In this document: piece after piece, positions 39,151 through 52,411 of the stretch
Position numbering within the stretch: the first letter of the stretch is position 1
Layout of the letters: each line of letters opens with the position of its first letter
Assembly (NCBI RefSeq): GCF_009914755.1
Contig: NC_060925.1
Direction: 5' to 3' (one strand)
DNA: 64,000 nt
From: the human T2T-CHM13v2.0 reference genome, Homo sapiens
Notes under the pieces: generated by a model
What the model was told of the DNA's origin: nothing
The model's input: the letters and a program-made list of their open reading frames with translations, nothing else
Database searches by the model: none
Translations under genes and position numbers: made by a program

Positions 39151-39247
39151 GTGCTCACTTTGGCAGCACATATAGTAAAATTGGAATGATACAGAGAAGG
39201 TTACCATGGCCCTTGTGCAAATATTTCATGCAAATTCATGAAATGTT

Positions 39248-39254
<7 letters not shown>
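39151..39254 (+). pseudogene. RNU6-830P: U6 snRNA retropseudogene (full length, diverged)
   Basis: gtgctcactttggcagcacatatagtaaaattggaatgatacagagaagg...caaattcatgaaatgttccatat. TSD agaag(a/g)taattgca at 39137-39150 and 39312-39325. The number is from recollection. Confidence 0.95.

Positions 39255-39310
<56 letters not shown>
39251..39310. repeat. (TA)30 perfect microsatellite in place of the U6 retrocopy tail
   Basis: Direct count: 60 nt of uninterrupted TA. Confidence 0.98.
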
Positions 39311-39313
<3 letters not shown>

Positions 39314-42300
39314 AAGGTAATTGCAGTCATCAAGGTGAGAGAACATGGTGGCTTGAACCAGGGTGTTAACTTTGGACTTGGGGAGAACAGCTTACAGTGT
39401 ATTTGTGGAATAATAAAGGAATTAAATTTCTTTATATTGAGCTCCCCTAGGAGCCTGTAAGTCTTTGGAAGGCAAGGCCTGTGTCTGATTTATCATTATA
39501 TTCTGAGTACATTATATTGAAATCCTGTTAAATATCAGGAGTACAACATTATCATTTAACCCTCTTTATCTTTCTCATTTTTTAATAGATGAATTGCCAG
39601 GCATGGCAGAAATAAAGGGAAGAATGATATAATATCTCATTGTTACCCCCATTTTCCAGATGAGGAAACTGAGGTACAGAGAGGTTAAATCTCTTCATCA
39701 AGTTATCAAAAGCCACAACATGGTAGAGTCAGTCTTTTATCTCAGGTCTGTTTGACTCCACAGCCCTGACATTTTCCATTCCATGAGCTAGGCTGGCAGA
39801 GAGGGCACTTGGGTGCCATTGTAGGAAAGGTTGGATGTGTGAGCCCTGGTCAGGAGGAGCAAACTCCAGCCATGATGTCAGATGGAGCCTCCTTCAAGAA
39901 CAAAGTCGTGAGATACTTGCTGGGCAATGACATGCTTTTGGTCAAGCCTCTTCTTCCAGGCCGAGTCTGCAAGCACCTGTGTGGCTGGCAATCTTGGTCT
40001 TTCTGATTCATGTATGGGAGTTGCATTTTATTTTTCTATTTTTGGAAAATAAAAAGAAAATGTAAGGGAAGAAAAAGCCAAGTCCCAGTTGCCAAGTCTG
40101 TTAACGACACACATAATGGCGTGTTAACACAAATGATTATCGAGCTGGACAGCACCCAGCTTTCTGCCAAAACAAACCTTCCTGCTCAGCAGACCTGGGA
40201 ATGCTTCAGCCAGGACGGGATGGAGTGAGGAGGGTGGACTGCAGTCTTCCCTGGTCTGGAAGCAATTAAATGCCCTAGCTATTGGCATTGCTGAATTCCC
40301 CATGGGCTCCAGTGGGGAGGACTGGGCCCCAGGTCTCCTGTATTCTCCACAAGACCTCAGGCAAATCTCCACCTGTTTCTGAATGTGTGTCTCCTCAGGT
40401 GGGTTGGATCAGATGATCTCTAAGGTCCATCGGTTTTAACTGGCTATGTTTCTGGGAGGCTTTTGAGGAGCCAGTGGAATAACCAGGTGTTGGACTCCTC
40501 ATGCATGTAAGAAGGAGGGTTTTTTCTTCAGAGCAGAGCCGGTTGGTAACACCTTTGTGTGAGGGGGCCAGGCAAGGAGCTCTGTGGCCTGTGCACCCCC
40601 AGATTGTGCTACCAGCTGAGACCTTGGGTATTACCTAAGCCTCTGTTTTCTCACCTGTAAAATGGTAAATGGCTTCCCTTAAAGGGAAGTTATGAGGACT
40701 AAATAAAATACAAGATGTAAGGTTCTTAGCATAGTGCCTGGCACATAGGAAGTGATGAATACGTGTTAGCCTCTTTCCGTCCCTTCTTTTTCATATCCCT
40801 TCTTTCTTTCTTCACTTCCTCTCATCTTTCCTTTCCTCCTTTTATTCTTTCTTCACTTTTTTCTTTCTTTTTTCCTAACCTTTATCTTTTCCCTGCTTTC
40901 TTCTCCTCCCTTCCAGAAAAAAAATCTGTCTTGTATTATGTGCTATGAATCAATTTATCTGCTTATTGCAGATTACTTGACTGCAGGGACCATGTGTTAG
41001 TCATTGTTTTATCCTGTCTCTCTACATGCACAGAGTAGGTGCTCAATAAATGCTTGGGGAATCAATGATTGACTCAATAAATGCTTTGGGAATAAATGCT
41101 TGGGTAATCAACTCCCAGGCAGTTCTGCCATCCCTGGTTTCTTGACTCTCTCTTTCCCTCTTTCTTCTGATGGAAAAATAAAAACCGTATCAGCTCACAC
41201 GCTCAGTTGCTTGCTTACTTTCTTCCTCCCTTCCCCAGGCTATAAAAAACATTATATTCTAAAATGAAACAAAGGTAATGGAAACCAGAAGTCCATGTTT
41301 TGTGTGAGATCGAAAACATATGTGAAGAATGAGCATTGAAAATGATGAATCTGCACAAAGGCGTTGGCAGTGTTCCCTCTTTGCCTTTCTGTTCCAGTCA
41401 GAAGCAGGAGTGTGCACATCTGCCCCAGCCCACAGGCCAGGACGGCCACAGTTGTCAAGGCAGCGTGCCCGGCATGGCCATGGCCAGAGTGTTCCGTTTA
41501 GGTGTCTTTTTGAAGGCACTAGGTGATGTGGGAGTGAGGATCACACAATATTTTTCTGACCTTTGGAAACATGGGAAAAGGATCTCTGTGGTTCAGAAAC
41601 AGAGGTTCTAATTCTGCTTTGCCCTTAAGATGAGAATAGTCACTATCACTTGTTGGGCCTCTCCTATGAGAAGTATTTTATCTACATTAGGTCAACACTT
41701 ATATTGCAGGGTCATTCTGAATATTCATTCTTCCCATTTTACAGATGAGGCAACAAAGTCATGTAGCTAGTAACTGAGAATACAGTATTGGTAATACCTA
41801 TTAAACATTGAGTTCTCATTTATTTGCTTTATGCATTCGTTCAATAGATGTTGACCAAGCATCTGCTATGTGCCAGCCACTGTGGGTTAGTTGGAGATAC
41901 AATATTGAATAAGATAAGTCTCTGTCCTTATAGTGGGCTGGCAAAGATGTAATGACCTGTTGAATGTTCAAATTCATTGAGTACAATGTAAAAAATTTCC
42001 GGGTACCATGAGCCTCTGTGATGCAGGGTACTTGGGTTTGAGGTGTCAGGGAAGCTCTCCTGAGGAGTGATTTCAGGGGGAGACCTGAAACATGAGTAGG
42101 TGCTATCTACACAAATTGGGATAGGACTTTCCAGCCAAGAGAAGACATATGAGAAGGGAGGAAAAAGCTTGGTGTGATTAAGGTTAGCAAAAGAAGCTTG
42201 AAAGATGAGGTTTATATACTTTATCTCATTTTATCCTTAAAAACCCACAAGAGAAATACTATTATCATCCTTCTTCTACAAATCAGGACACTGGGGCTAG

Positions 42301-44759
42301 GTTAAGTGGCTTGCCCAAGGTCTCCAGTAGATCGATTCTTCTGCCTATCTTGATTCTGAAACATAGGGCTACATCTGACAAGAACTCTGTGGTCTGGCCT
42401 TTTGAAGTGACTGAAAATAGGAAATACGACCAATAACTAGAGATACTTGAATCCAGAAGCTCTGAGCTGTGGGGCCTGAATTACATCAGCATCAGGGGCA
42501 GCAGAAACCCAGGTAGCCGTTGAAGAATTTTCTGCCATGGGCCTCTCCTGCCTATAGAAACTGCAAGTTCTTGGGGGTCTTTTATGACAGCATCTTATCA
42601 TCATTCTTGATATTGTCCTGGTTGTCCCCAGATAACTCAGGGGTCTGGATCTCAAATGGTCTAAGATCCTATGTTATCATGTGCTTAAGACTGCAGCTTC
42701 GGCATTGCCTCTGCTAGGAAGCCTTTCTTGAACACTCCAAGCCTGGTTCTGTGTCCTTTCTTTGGTTGGTCTTCCCACATGCACCCACCCTTCCTTACTC
42801 CTTGCCCTGCAAGTTCTTCTTTTTCACCCTGAACCACATTGTATTTTGAGTATTCATTCACTTATCTGCCATCCCCATTTGAATCTGAGCTCCTCATGGC
42901 CAGAGCTTGGGTCTGAGTCATCACTGTGTTCCATCCCAGCCCAGTGTTCTCTAATGCTGGCCGAGTGAATGATGCATGAACATTCCACTTTCCATCTCCC
43001 TTGGAGGGAGAGCAGCTTCCAAAAATTCATGAGCTACGTGGCTGTCATTAGCCCTAAGGGGGTCAAAACTGGAAATGAAATCAGCGATGGGAAACATAAA
43101 AGAGAGCTGGTTTCTAGGAGAGAGCCCACCACACCTACTTTAAAGTGGGCATCATTGCCCATGTAGGCTGTTTCAGCCTCAAGAGAGACAGTGGGAAGTT
43201 GGAGCTTAGGCTAGAGAACATGAGGCTGGACAGGAAGAGCTGAATTTCCCAAATGGTTTCCATCTGCTCTGATGGTGTCCATACTCTTGAAATGAAATAA
43301 CATTTAACTGCCTCCTGCCCATGGCATCCATCCCATAAGCATTGCTGAGCACCTACTATGTGCCTTTTATTTTGCTTTATGCTGGGGAAATAGAAAGGAA
43401 GCAATGAGTCTCTGGGAGAGACAGGAATGAAAACAGATGCTATGCAAGGTGCTTCATTCTACATAAGAAGAAAGAGCTTTGGAAACACACAGTCAGGAGT
43501 GAGTCATTTTGGGAGAGTTGGGGAAGAATTTGTAAAAGAGTTGTCTGGGGAACAGGCCAAGTTGGTTCACTGGGGCAAGGAGATATTCTTGGGAATGGGA
43601 GGAGGAGGAAAGAAGGCCAGAGAGACAGGTGTCCCAGCACCTAGACTGAACTGCTGTAGAGTCACAGCCACAGTGTTTGCTGTGTGCCAGACAATGGGTT
43701 AGCTGGAGATACAGCAGGCGGGAGATGCTGACCACTGAGGACCTGAGTCAGCACTTTCCATTTCTTCCCATGCTCAGTTTCACCAATAAAACAGGAAGGG
43801 GCTTAGTGGCCATCAGAGAATCTGGATAGACATAAGTAAGGAAGCCAAGGCCAGTGGACTGTGCTGGGCTTCCTTTCTATTTCCCAATGTCTGCACAGAG
43901 CCACTGGGCTGCCATACTGGGAGTGAGGCCAACCACCAAATGGGAACGAAAGCCAAGAGCCATAGCAGCAATGTCTTCCCTTGGTGCTTGCTGCTTCTGT
44001 TTCCTCCAAGTGAGAAGTGATAACATGTTCTCTAAGGAGAGCAGGATAAGGAAAGAGGAAAGGCAAGGCAGGGAGAAGGGCATCATGGGGAAGGGGCTCT
44101 GTGTGGCTGCGGTCCATTGTCCTAGCACGGAGAATAAGTGGGGCTGACATCCACACAGCCCTCACTGTTCTTGGCTCCCTGAGAAAGGCCTGTGGGCAGC
44201 ACCTGGGCTGTAGGAACTGAATCACCAGTTGTGTTCAGGTGCCCGTCTCAGCTCAATGGTCCCCCTACCTTGCCAAATCCTCTCCCTGAGTTGTGTGCTG
44301 GGGAGCAGAGGGTCACACTGGATTTGGACTCAGGCCGTATTTTTATTAATTGCCCCATTTGTATTTGGCCCCAAGTTTGGAAGCTGAGGTCGCTGGTTCC
44401 CCACTCTGCCCTCAGAGCCACCCAAGGTCCATTTCATTTCTTTGTACTCTATGCTTTGTGTCTGATGCCTACTCAGTAATGTGAGCTAGTTAGGGACCAA
44501 TGCTATGTCTTATTTATATCTGCACATCCATCTTCCAGCATGGAGTCCTGGAGCTGAGAAACAGACAAACAAATATTTCATTACTGAAAACCTGACAAAG
44601 CTGATGACAGTATACCTCAGTGTCCAATGGGGAGGAGCAAGGAGGAACAGCAATCTCATCTTTTCCTGATGGCTTTTCAGTTCTTTCATTTCTTAGCAGG
44701 TGTTTTCCCCCTTCAACTTTCTCAATACTCCCCTAAGCTGGCTCCTGGTGAGCTCCTTA

Positions 44760-45499
44760 TTTATTTATTTATAACGAATAGACTTTGTTAGAATAGTTTT
44801 AAGTTTACAGAAAACTCGAGCAGAAAGTATGGAGTTCCCATATATACCCCCTCACGACACACACAATTTATCCTGTTATTAGCATCTTGCACCTGTGCAT
44901 TATACATTTGTTATGAAACATTAGTATTAACTAAAGTCCACAGGTTACATTAAGGTTCACTTTTTGTGTACAGCTCTATGTGTTTTTACAAATGTATAAG
45001 GACATGTATCCACTATTACAGAAGAGTTTCACTGCTCTAAAAAATTCTCTGTGCTCCACCTATTTATCTCTCCCTCCCCCAGAACCCCTGGCAACTACCG
45101 AATTTTTTTTAATGTCTCTGTGCTTTTGCCTTTTCCAGAGTATCACATAGTTGGAACCATACACTATGTAGCCTTTTCAGACTATCTTCTTTTACTTAGC
45201 AGTATGCATTGAATGTTTCTTTATGTCTTTTCATGGCTTGGTAACTTATTTCTTTTTATCCTTGCATAGTATTCCATTATGCAGAGGTACCACAGCTTGT
45301 CTATTCATTCAACTATTGAAGGATATCTTGCTTGCTTGCATATTTTAGCAGTTATGAATAGAGTTGCTGTAAACATTTATGTGCAGGTTTTTGTGTGATT
45401 ATAAATTTTTATCTCATTTGAGTAAATACCTAGGAGCGTAATTCATAGATCATTTAGTAAGACTATATTTAGCTTTGTAAGAAGCTGCCAAATTGTCTA
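44760..45499 (-). mobile_element. L1MC-like 3' end
   Basis: atagttttaagtttacagaaaactcgagcagaaagtatggagttcccatata...ttgccttttccagag...gttgctgtaaacatt. Confidence 0.75.
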
Positions 45500-45623
45500 A
45501 AAACAGGGTTTTGGATTCTGTCTGACCTGTGTTCAAACCCTGCTTTTCCACTTTCTGGCTTCATGAACTTTGGCAAGCTGCTTACCTCTTTGAGTTTTTT
45601 TCAACATCTGTAAAATGGGGCTG

Positions 45624-45994
45624 TTTATTAGTCTGTTCTCATGCTGCTGTAAGGACCTACCCCGAGACTGGATAATTTATAAAGGAAAGAGGTTTAATTG
45701 ACTCAGTTCCACAGGGCTAAGGAGGCATCAGGAAACTTACAGTCCTGGTGGAAGGGGAAGCAAACACGTCCTTCTTCACATAGTGACAGCAAGAAGTGCC
45801 AAGCCAAAAAGGGGGAAAATCCCTTATAAAACCATCAGATCTCTTGAGAACTCATTCACTATCACGAGACCAGCATGAGGGTAACTGCCCCCATGATTTC
45901 ATTACCTCCCACCAGGTCCCTCCCACAACACATGGGATTATGAGAACTACAATTCAAGATGAGATTTGGGTGAGGACACAGCCAAACCATATCA
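45624..45994 (-). mobile_element. MSTA/THE1-type solo LTR
   Basis: tattagtctgttctcatgctgct...gagatttgggtgaggacacagccaaaccatatca. Confidence 0.88.
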
Positions 45995-46026
45995 CAGGCT
46001 GATGATAGTACCTGCCTCATAGGATT

Positions 46027-46382
46027 TGTATTAGTCAGTTCTCACACTGCTAATAAAAGCATACCCGAGACTGGGTAATTTATAAAGGAAAGAGGTTTAA
46101 TTGGGTAATAGTTCCACATAAATGGGGAGGCCTCACAATCGTAGAGGAAGGTGAAGGAGAAGCAAAGTCACATCTTACATGGTGGCAGGCAAGAGAGTGT
46201 GTTCAGGGGAACTCCCTTTTATAAAACCATCAGCTCTCATGAGACTTAGTCACTATCACAAGAACAATATGGGGGAAACTGCCCCCATGATTCAGTTATC
46301 TTCACCTGGCCCTGCCATTGACACATGGGGATTATTACAATTCAAGGTGAGATTTGGGTGGGGACACAGCCAAACCATATCA
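46027..46382 (-). mobile_element. MSTA/THE1-type solo LTR
   Basis: tgtattagtcagttctcacactgct...gggtggggacacagccaaaccatatca. Confidence 0.88.
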
Positions 46383-46438
46383 GAGTTGTTATGAGAATCA
46401 GATCATATAATGTTCAAAATTAAAGGGCTGAAATGTGG

Positions 46439-46875
46439 TGTACTGTGTTGAACTGTGTCCTCCAAAAAGGTATGGTCAAGGCCTAGCCCCCATACTTGTG
46501 AATGTAAACTTGTTTGGGAAAAAGATCTCACATAAAATCATACTGGATTTAGGGTGTTCCCTAAACCCAATGACTGATATATTTATATGCATATGAAAGG
46601 AGGATACACACAGATACAAAAGTGATGGCTACGTGATGAATAAGGCAGAGACTGGGGTGATGCAGCTACAAGCAAAGGAGTGCTGAGGATTGCCAGGATC
46701 CAGCAAAAGTTAGGAGAGAGTCATGGAGCAAGTTATCCCTCGGAGCCTCCAGGAGGAACCAGCCTTGCTGACACCTAGATTTCTGGCCTTCTGAACTGTG
46801 AAAGAATAAAATGCTGTTGCTTTAAGTCACCCAGTTTGTGGTGATTTGTTAAGTTGGCCCTACAAAACTAATACA
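46439..46875 (+). mobile_element. MLT1B/C-like LTR
   Basis: ttgaactgtgtcctccaaaa...gatgcagctacaagc...gaactgtgaaagaataaa...aactaataca. Confidence 0.8.
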
Positions 46876-48559
46876 GATGACAAGTACTCAGTACATGGTG
46901 TGCGTCCACATTATTATCTATGGAGGTTCTCCTTACACTCCAGGCAGAATAGACTCCTTCCTCTTTGAGGTCTCACTGTAGCTCACACTGCTTCTATCCC
47001 AGCCCTGACACTCTTTTTGGGAGTTATCTGCCTATATATTCATCTCAGACCTTGCACATTGAATCCTGGAGGGCAGGGCACTTGTCTGACCTGTCTCTGT
47101 GCCTGCAGTGCCCAGGGTCTAGCAAAGAGAAGGTGCATAGTAAAGACTGAATGAGGATCTGGTTGTTCTGTCTGTCTGTTGGCACTCAGGTCTCTGTCAA
47201 GCTCCTGCTTTGATGGAATACTCCATGATCATAACTGAATGCTAAGCATCTGGTACCCTTCCCCCGCATCTGGCTAAATTAGGTGTGAATGAATAAAAAA
47301 CATGGATCCCATTTGCTTTCCCTCTGCTTCTTTTTAAGTCATATGCATTTAGAATTAATCAGCCAAGCATGACTGAGAGTTTTGACATACCCAAAATATT
47401 GGGGAAAGAATTCAAGATGTTTTGATGATCCTCAATGCAAAGGTGTTTAAGCTGTTGACCCAACCATTTGTTCTATCCAAATTCAAGGAAAGTTTGGATC
47501 AACACAGTCTGCCTCAGTTTTCTTATTGAGGGTGGGACATGATGGGGACTCTGATGGTTTGACTCTCCTAGAGGTACTTGGTCCCAGGACTCACACTGCC
47601 CAGGCAGCCACCAGTGCCAAATGTGCCAGAATGCTGAGGGTCTCTATGGTGTCAGAGCTCCTGTTCTTGGCTTAGGACTGGGTCCTAAATGCTGCAGTCC
47701 TGGGAAAATCTGAGACTGCTCACTGCTCCCAGGGCTTCAGATTGCAGTTCTGGAACTCTGTAACTACAGGTGTGGTGCAGAGACTGTTGCACAGCTAGAT
47801 TCTGCTGGAAATGAGAGTTAAGAGGTCAAACAGCTTGAAAAATTGATGCAGGTCCGTCTCTTTAAGAAAACAAATGAGTCACTTTGTTCTTACTTTAAAA
47901 ATGCCTGCTTTTATGTGTGTTTCAAAAATAATTATTTAGAGAGCTAGTTGTAAGGAAAGTAAGCCCTGCTTATAACCTACCTTGCAGAGATACCCATGAA
48001 TTGTCTCTATTATGGGCACTTTTGGGCATTTTTCTATGTATGTATATGTGCATATTGCATATCAACAATCGTATTGTACTCCAGTCAGTTCCCAGAATGT
48101 AAATGATGTGCCCCAAACTGAGTAGAGGGACACTTCAATTACACACATAAACATCTAATTTAAAAAATAAAGTTGGATGTATAATGCCATGCTTTTTGTA
48201 CTCTGATTCGTCAGCTATTTATTCTTTAGATTGTATGGAAGCTTTCTTGAATGAAGGGGATTCCCCTATTATATGCTCTCATAGTACTCTGTATTCATTA
48301 CATGATGCCTCATAATGCCAATAGACATTAAACATTTCCATGTATATTTTTTGTCTTTCTTGCTAGACTATTACTTAGGCAAGGGTAGAGCAGTGACTGA
48401 CTTGAGCCAACACACCACCCATCACCTTTCTCCAATCTTTTATTTGACTCAGACCATGGTCTCTGAGTCCCTGGAGTGGAGGGGAGGCCTGGAACCCTTG
48501 ACAAAATGGATCTGGCTAATATACACCTATATATCCTTGTGAATATCTGCTCAGTCCTC

Positions 48560-49530
48560 TCCAAAGGAACCTGATACTATTTCAAACCCAGAAATTGTAC
48601 CCTAAGAAAAGAGATGGCCAACATTTGGAATTCTATTGGATTCTGGCTCCAAGATAAAACCAAGGATTCAGAACTGCACTGTAGTTCATCATTTAAGACG
48701 GGGAGTGAAGAGGACTTCTGCAGGCCAGGAGATAAATGATCTTACTTGAGTTTCTATCACAGAAAGGCAACAGAGCAATAAATCTCCTTATCATTATTAC
48801 CCCAGTCTGGATGTATAGCTGGAATGGATATCTTTGGCAACTAATAGAACTCCCATACAGTTTTCTGATCCATGGTAAGGTCTACTATGGGGAAAGACTC
48901 CAATGAAGCCATTAACATTCACCAGTTATGCAAAAAGAAAAAAAACAAAAGCAATATTGCATTTCCAAGGACAGCTGAGGACACTGTCATGACCATCAAA
49001 GACTTGAAAGGCACAGGAGGGAGTCCCTCACCCCTCTACACTTAATTTTTTATTTGTCAGCGTAAAAGGATCCTTGAGATGATAGTGGCTTATTATAAAT
49101 TTAATTAGGTGGAGACTGTAATTGCAGCTGCCATTTCAGATGTGTTCCCCTTCTGGATATAAGCTACACAGCCCCTGACATTGGATATGCAGCTATTGAG
49201 CAGGCAACGAGTGCTTTCTTCTCCATTCTGATCATAGCAAATAGCAGAGGCAAATTGCTTTCATTTGGTAGGGAGAGAAGTAATATATTTGCTGTCCTAA
49301 TTCAGGGATTTGTAAATTCTCCAGATCTGTGCTATAATCTATTCTACAGGATTTTGATGGACTCACCATCTTACAGGACATCATGCTTGTTGTCCACTAG
49401 GATTGATGACATTATGTAGGTAAGACCTGGAAAGAGCAGATTCCCTAGTTGTTTGGCTAGATACATGTGTGCAGAGAGTGAGATATACATACTTTGAAAT
49501 CAAGTTCTATATAGCTTCAGTGATCTAGAG
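48560..49530 (+). mobile_element. Degenerate ERVL-class internal region (protease/RT remnant)
   Basis: Fragments resemble ERVL RT motifs: (M)IVAYYKFN-V.TVIAAAISDV, GYAAI..A..FFSI, FAVLIQGFVNSPDLCYNL, and VH(Y)IDDIM near 49392-49416. Confidence 0.75.
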
Positions 49531-49750
49531 CAGGGTTGGCAAACTTTTTCTGTAAAAGGCCAAATAGGGAATAATTTTAGCTTTGGATACGTGGTCTCTC
49601 CTGCAACTACTCAACTCTGCCGTTATAGTACAAAAGCAGTCATGGACAATATGCAAACCAATGAGCATGGCTGTGTTTTAACAAACTTTTATTTATAAAA
49701 ACAGGGTGTGGGTTTGATTTGGCTTGAAGACTTTTGTTTGCCAACCCCTG
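49531..49750. mobile_element. MER58A hAT MITE
   Basis: TIRs cagggttggcaaac / gtttgccaacccctg. Confidence 0.88.
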
Positions 49751-49841
49751 ATTTAAAACATGTCAGGGATCTCTTCCAAAAATGACAAAATGGTCTCTCC
49801 TGTTATTCCTTCAACCAAGAAGAAAGTATGATATTAAGTGT

Positions 49842-50207
49842 TGCCTTAGTCAGTTTGGGCTGTTGTAACAAGTTAACGTAGACTGAGTGGCTTAAACAAC
49901 AAACATTTATTTCTCACAGTTCTGGAGGGTAGAAGGTTGAGATCAGGATGCTACTATGATCAGATTTTGGTGAGGTTCTTTTCTAGGAAGTGGACACCCA
50001 ACTTCTCCTTGAGTTCTCACATGGTAGAAAGAGGGCTAGATAGCTCTCTTAGGCTTTGTTTACAAGGGCACTTTTCCCATTTATGAGGGCCTCACCCTCA
50101 TAAATGAAATCACCTTCCAAGACCCCACCTGCTAATACCATTACATGGGGGATAGGTCTTCATGAATTTAGGAATTTTGGGGGAGTACAAACATTTGGTC
50201 CATAACA
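49842..50207 (-). mobile_element. MLT1A/MSTC-like LTR
   Basis: tgccttagtcagtttgggctg...gtggcttaaacaacaaacatttatttctcacagttctggag...ggtccataaca. Confidence 0.8.
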
Positions 50208-51399
50208 GTGAGTCTCCTAGAAATTTGAAATCAGCTGATGCCATATTTGAGTGTATTGCACTCACCCATTTTCCAGGTGACCTGAAAATTTGGCAGCTTT
50301 AAGAGAGGCTCAGATTAAAAGAATCTATAGCTGTTCCAAAAAGCAGTCCAGTTGGCTCCTCACTCAATTTGTTTGAACCACATATACAATAGGGCTTGAC
50401 ATATCTATAGTAAGCTAAGATGCTATATGACTTTAAGGGTGTTTTTCATATAAAAACACCCAACTAATATTCCTATCTTCTTGAGCCTTCTGAATCCTCC
50501 ATTCTGCTCAGGCAGTTTTGGTACCTCTTCCTCATTTACTGTAGGCCAAATTTGTATCTAAGCTTCAAAGAGCCATCCCAGTTGTTATGGAGGCTTCTCA
50601 ACTTTTATAGCAAATTTCAAGTTGGTAGTTGGCTAACTGATCTGTCTTTTTTTTTTCTCTTATGAAGGCTTCTAAAACCATTAACCACAGCTAGCCACAT
50701 CTGCAATCCTTATAATTACCACCACCCTCATCTCATTCAGTGTCCCCAGACTTCTGCATCTCCTTCCAATCTACCTCAGCCTTAGGACAAGTGATGCGAT
50801 TGCCTGCCAGGATAATTGCCACCCAACTCCCCACCAACAATGGCCTCCTGATGACCATCTGCCTCGTTCCAGAATTCCACCTGGAAAGTCTGATTTCCAG
50901 GATCACTTCTTAGAGCAACTCTCTTAGATTAGCTTCTCCCAGAAAGTAGATCCAGATAAGAGGAGTTTGTGGGCTGGTTGTTGATTTTAGGTTGTGATTC
51001 CAGGGAAAATGGGTGGAGGCCTGGGAAGAAAACGGGGAAGGGAAAGCTACTATAAGTTTGCATTATTGAGTGGGTCACTACTGTGGGGAATTAGAATTTT
51101 ATCCCACTGCGAACCTCTGAGAACTTCAGAATTACCAACCCAAGTGTTGGAAAAGGAAAACATTTGCCCATTGCCTCTATGGGTTGCCCCATGGGTGCTG
51201 TTTTCCTCTTATTTCTAGGTTTGCTTATGCCTGACCAAATGGACACCACAATGTCAGAGAAGTCCCAGGGCAAGCCCAAGATAGATAGTTCAACTAAGGT
51301 GTCAAACAGCCATCAGGCTAAACCCACAGGCCATTGTCCCAGTAGTAAGTAGAACTGAAGATTCCCTGAGAGGATGTGAGGCAATTACAAGTGATATAA

Positions 51400-52250
51400 A
51401 CTCTGTGCATGGACTCTATGGGCTTCTTCACTCAAAGGCTCCTTTCCCTGCTAATGCCCAATTTTCCAGCCTTACTGTACAACTCTAAGTCCCTGGTATG
51501 TACAGTATAATAAAAAAGGCAGTAGACATATTATCATGGTAATAATATATTCTCCAGCTGACCTTAAAGGAGAGTGGAATGCCTTATTGAAGATTTAGAT
51601 ATGACAACAGGTGGGAGGTAACTGATTGTAAGTACTGGGCATTGTTTTTCAGACTGTAGTATATGACCATAGATTTTGGAACTAAGTGGCAGAGGTTGTG
51701 TGGTGCCTCCTGTGACTGAACCTAATGATCCATGCTCAAAATGTTGCTTCTTGACTTGTGGTTCTATGGTCTGGTGAACCCTAGGAGGTACCCAAGGAAG
51801 GAATAATCCCATGGGGGAAACAGTAAGTCTACTGAATTGGAAGTCTTGGTGACTCCCAGGCCACTTCAGGCTCATGGAGCCACGAGGTAAACAAAGGGAA
51901 AAAAAAGGTTGGTTGGTGTGGTTGAGCTTGACCATTGAGTGGAGATAGTGTTTGGGCTGCGTGATGGGGCAGAGGAGAATATGAATGGAACTCTGATTAT
52001 TCCCCAGTCTTGTCTTGTTACCATGCGTTGTTGTAAACATTTACAGGGGACTATTATAACCTTCCAGGAACAGGACCACCAGTGACTGAGAACCTTTGAG
52101 AATGAAGTATTCATTCATTTCATTAGACAAGATCCCCAGTAAGTTGTGGTACTGGCAAAAGACCAGGGGAATACATATTGCATAGTGGATAAGTGACCTC
52201 ATACATGTTAGCTCTGGTTTTGTGTCCATTTGTGGAAGAGTAAACCGTAT
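51400..52250 (+). mobile_element. Degenerate ERVL-class integrase/dUTPase remnant
   Basis: ctactgaattggaag...ctcccaggccacttc resembles LNWK..LPGHF; ttggttggtgtggttgagcttgac resembles LAGVIDPD (dUTPase motifs). Confidence 0.6.
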
Positions 52251-52269
52251 TCTCTACCTGTATTTTCTT

Positions 52270-52411
52270 TTTTAAAAACTTTTATTTTAGGTCCAGAGGT
52301 ACATGTGAAGGTTTATTATATAGGTAAATTTCTGTTGTGGGGGTTTGTTGTACAGACTGTTTCACCACCAAGTTATTAAGCTTGGTACCCAATAGTTATG
52401 TTTTCTTCCTC
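52270..52411 (-). mobile_element. Very short older-L1PA 3' end
   Basis: L1 3' terminus; perfect 19-bp TSD tctctacctgtattttctt (52251-52269, 52412-52430). Confidence 0.8.

Larger units (their letters stand above)
38545..39420 (-). mobile_element. L2 fragment hosting the U6 retrocopy
   Basis: aatgtttactgagtac, gaggtggcatttgagcagagac, gagaagccactgggaggttttgagcagggg, gaaaggatcatgctggct. Confidence 0.75.
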
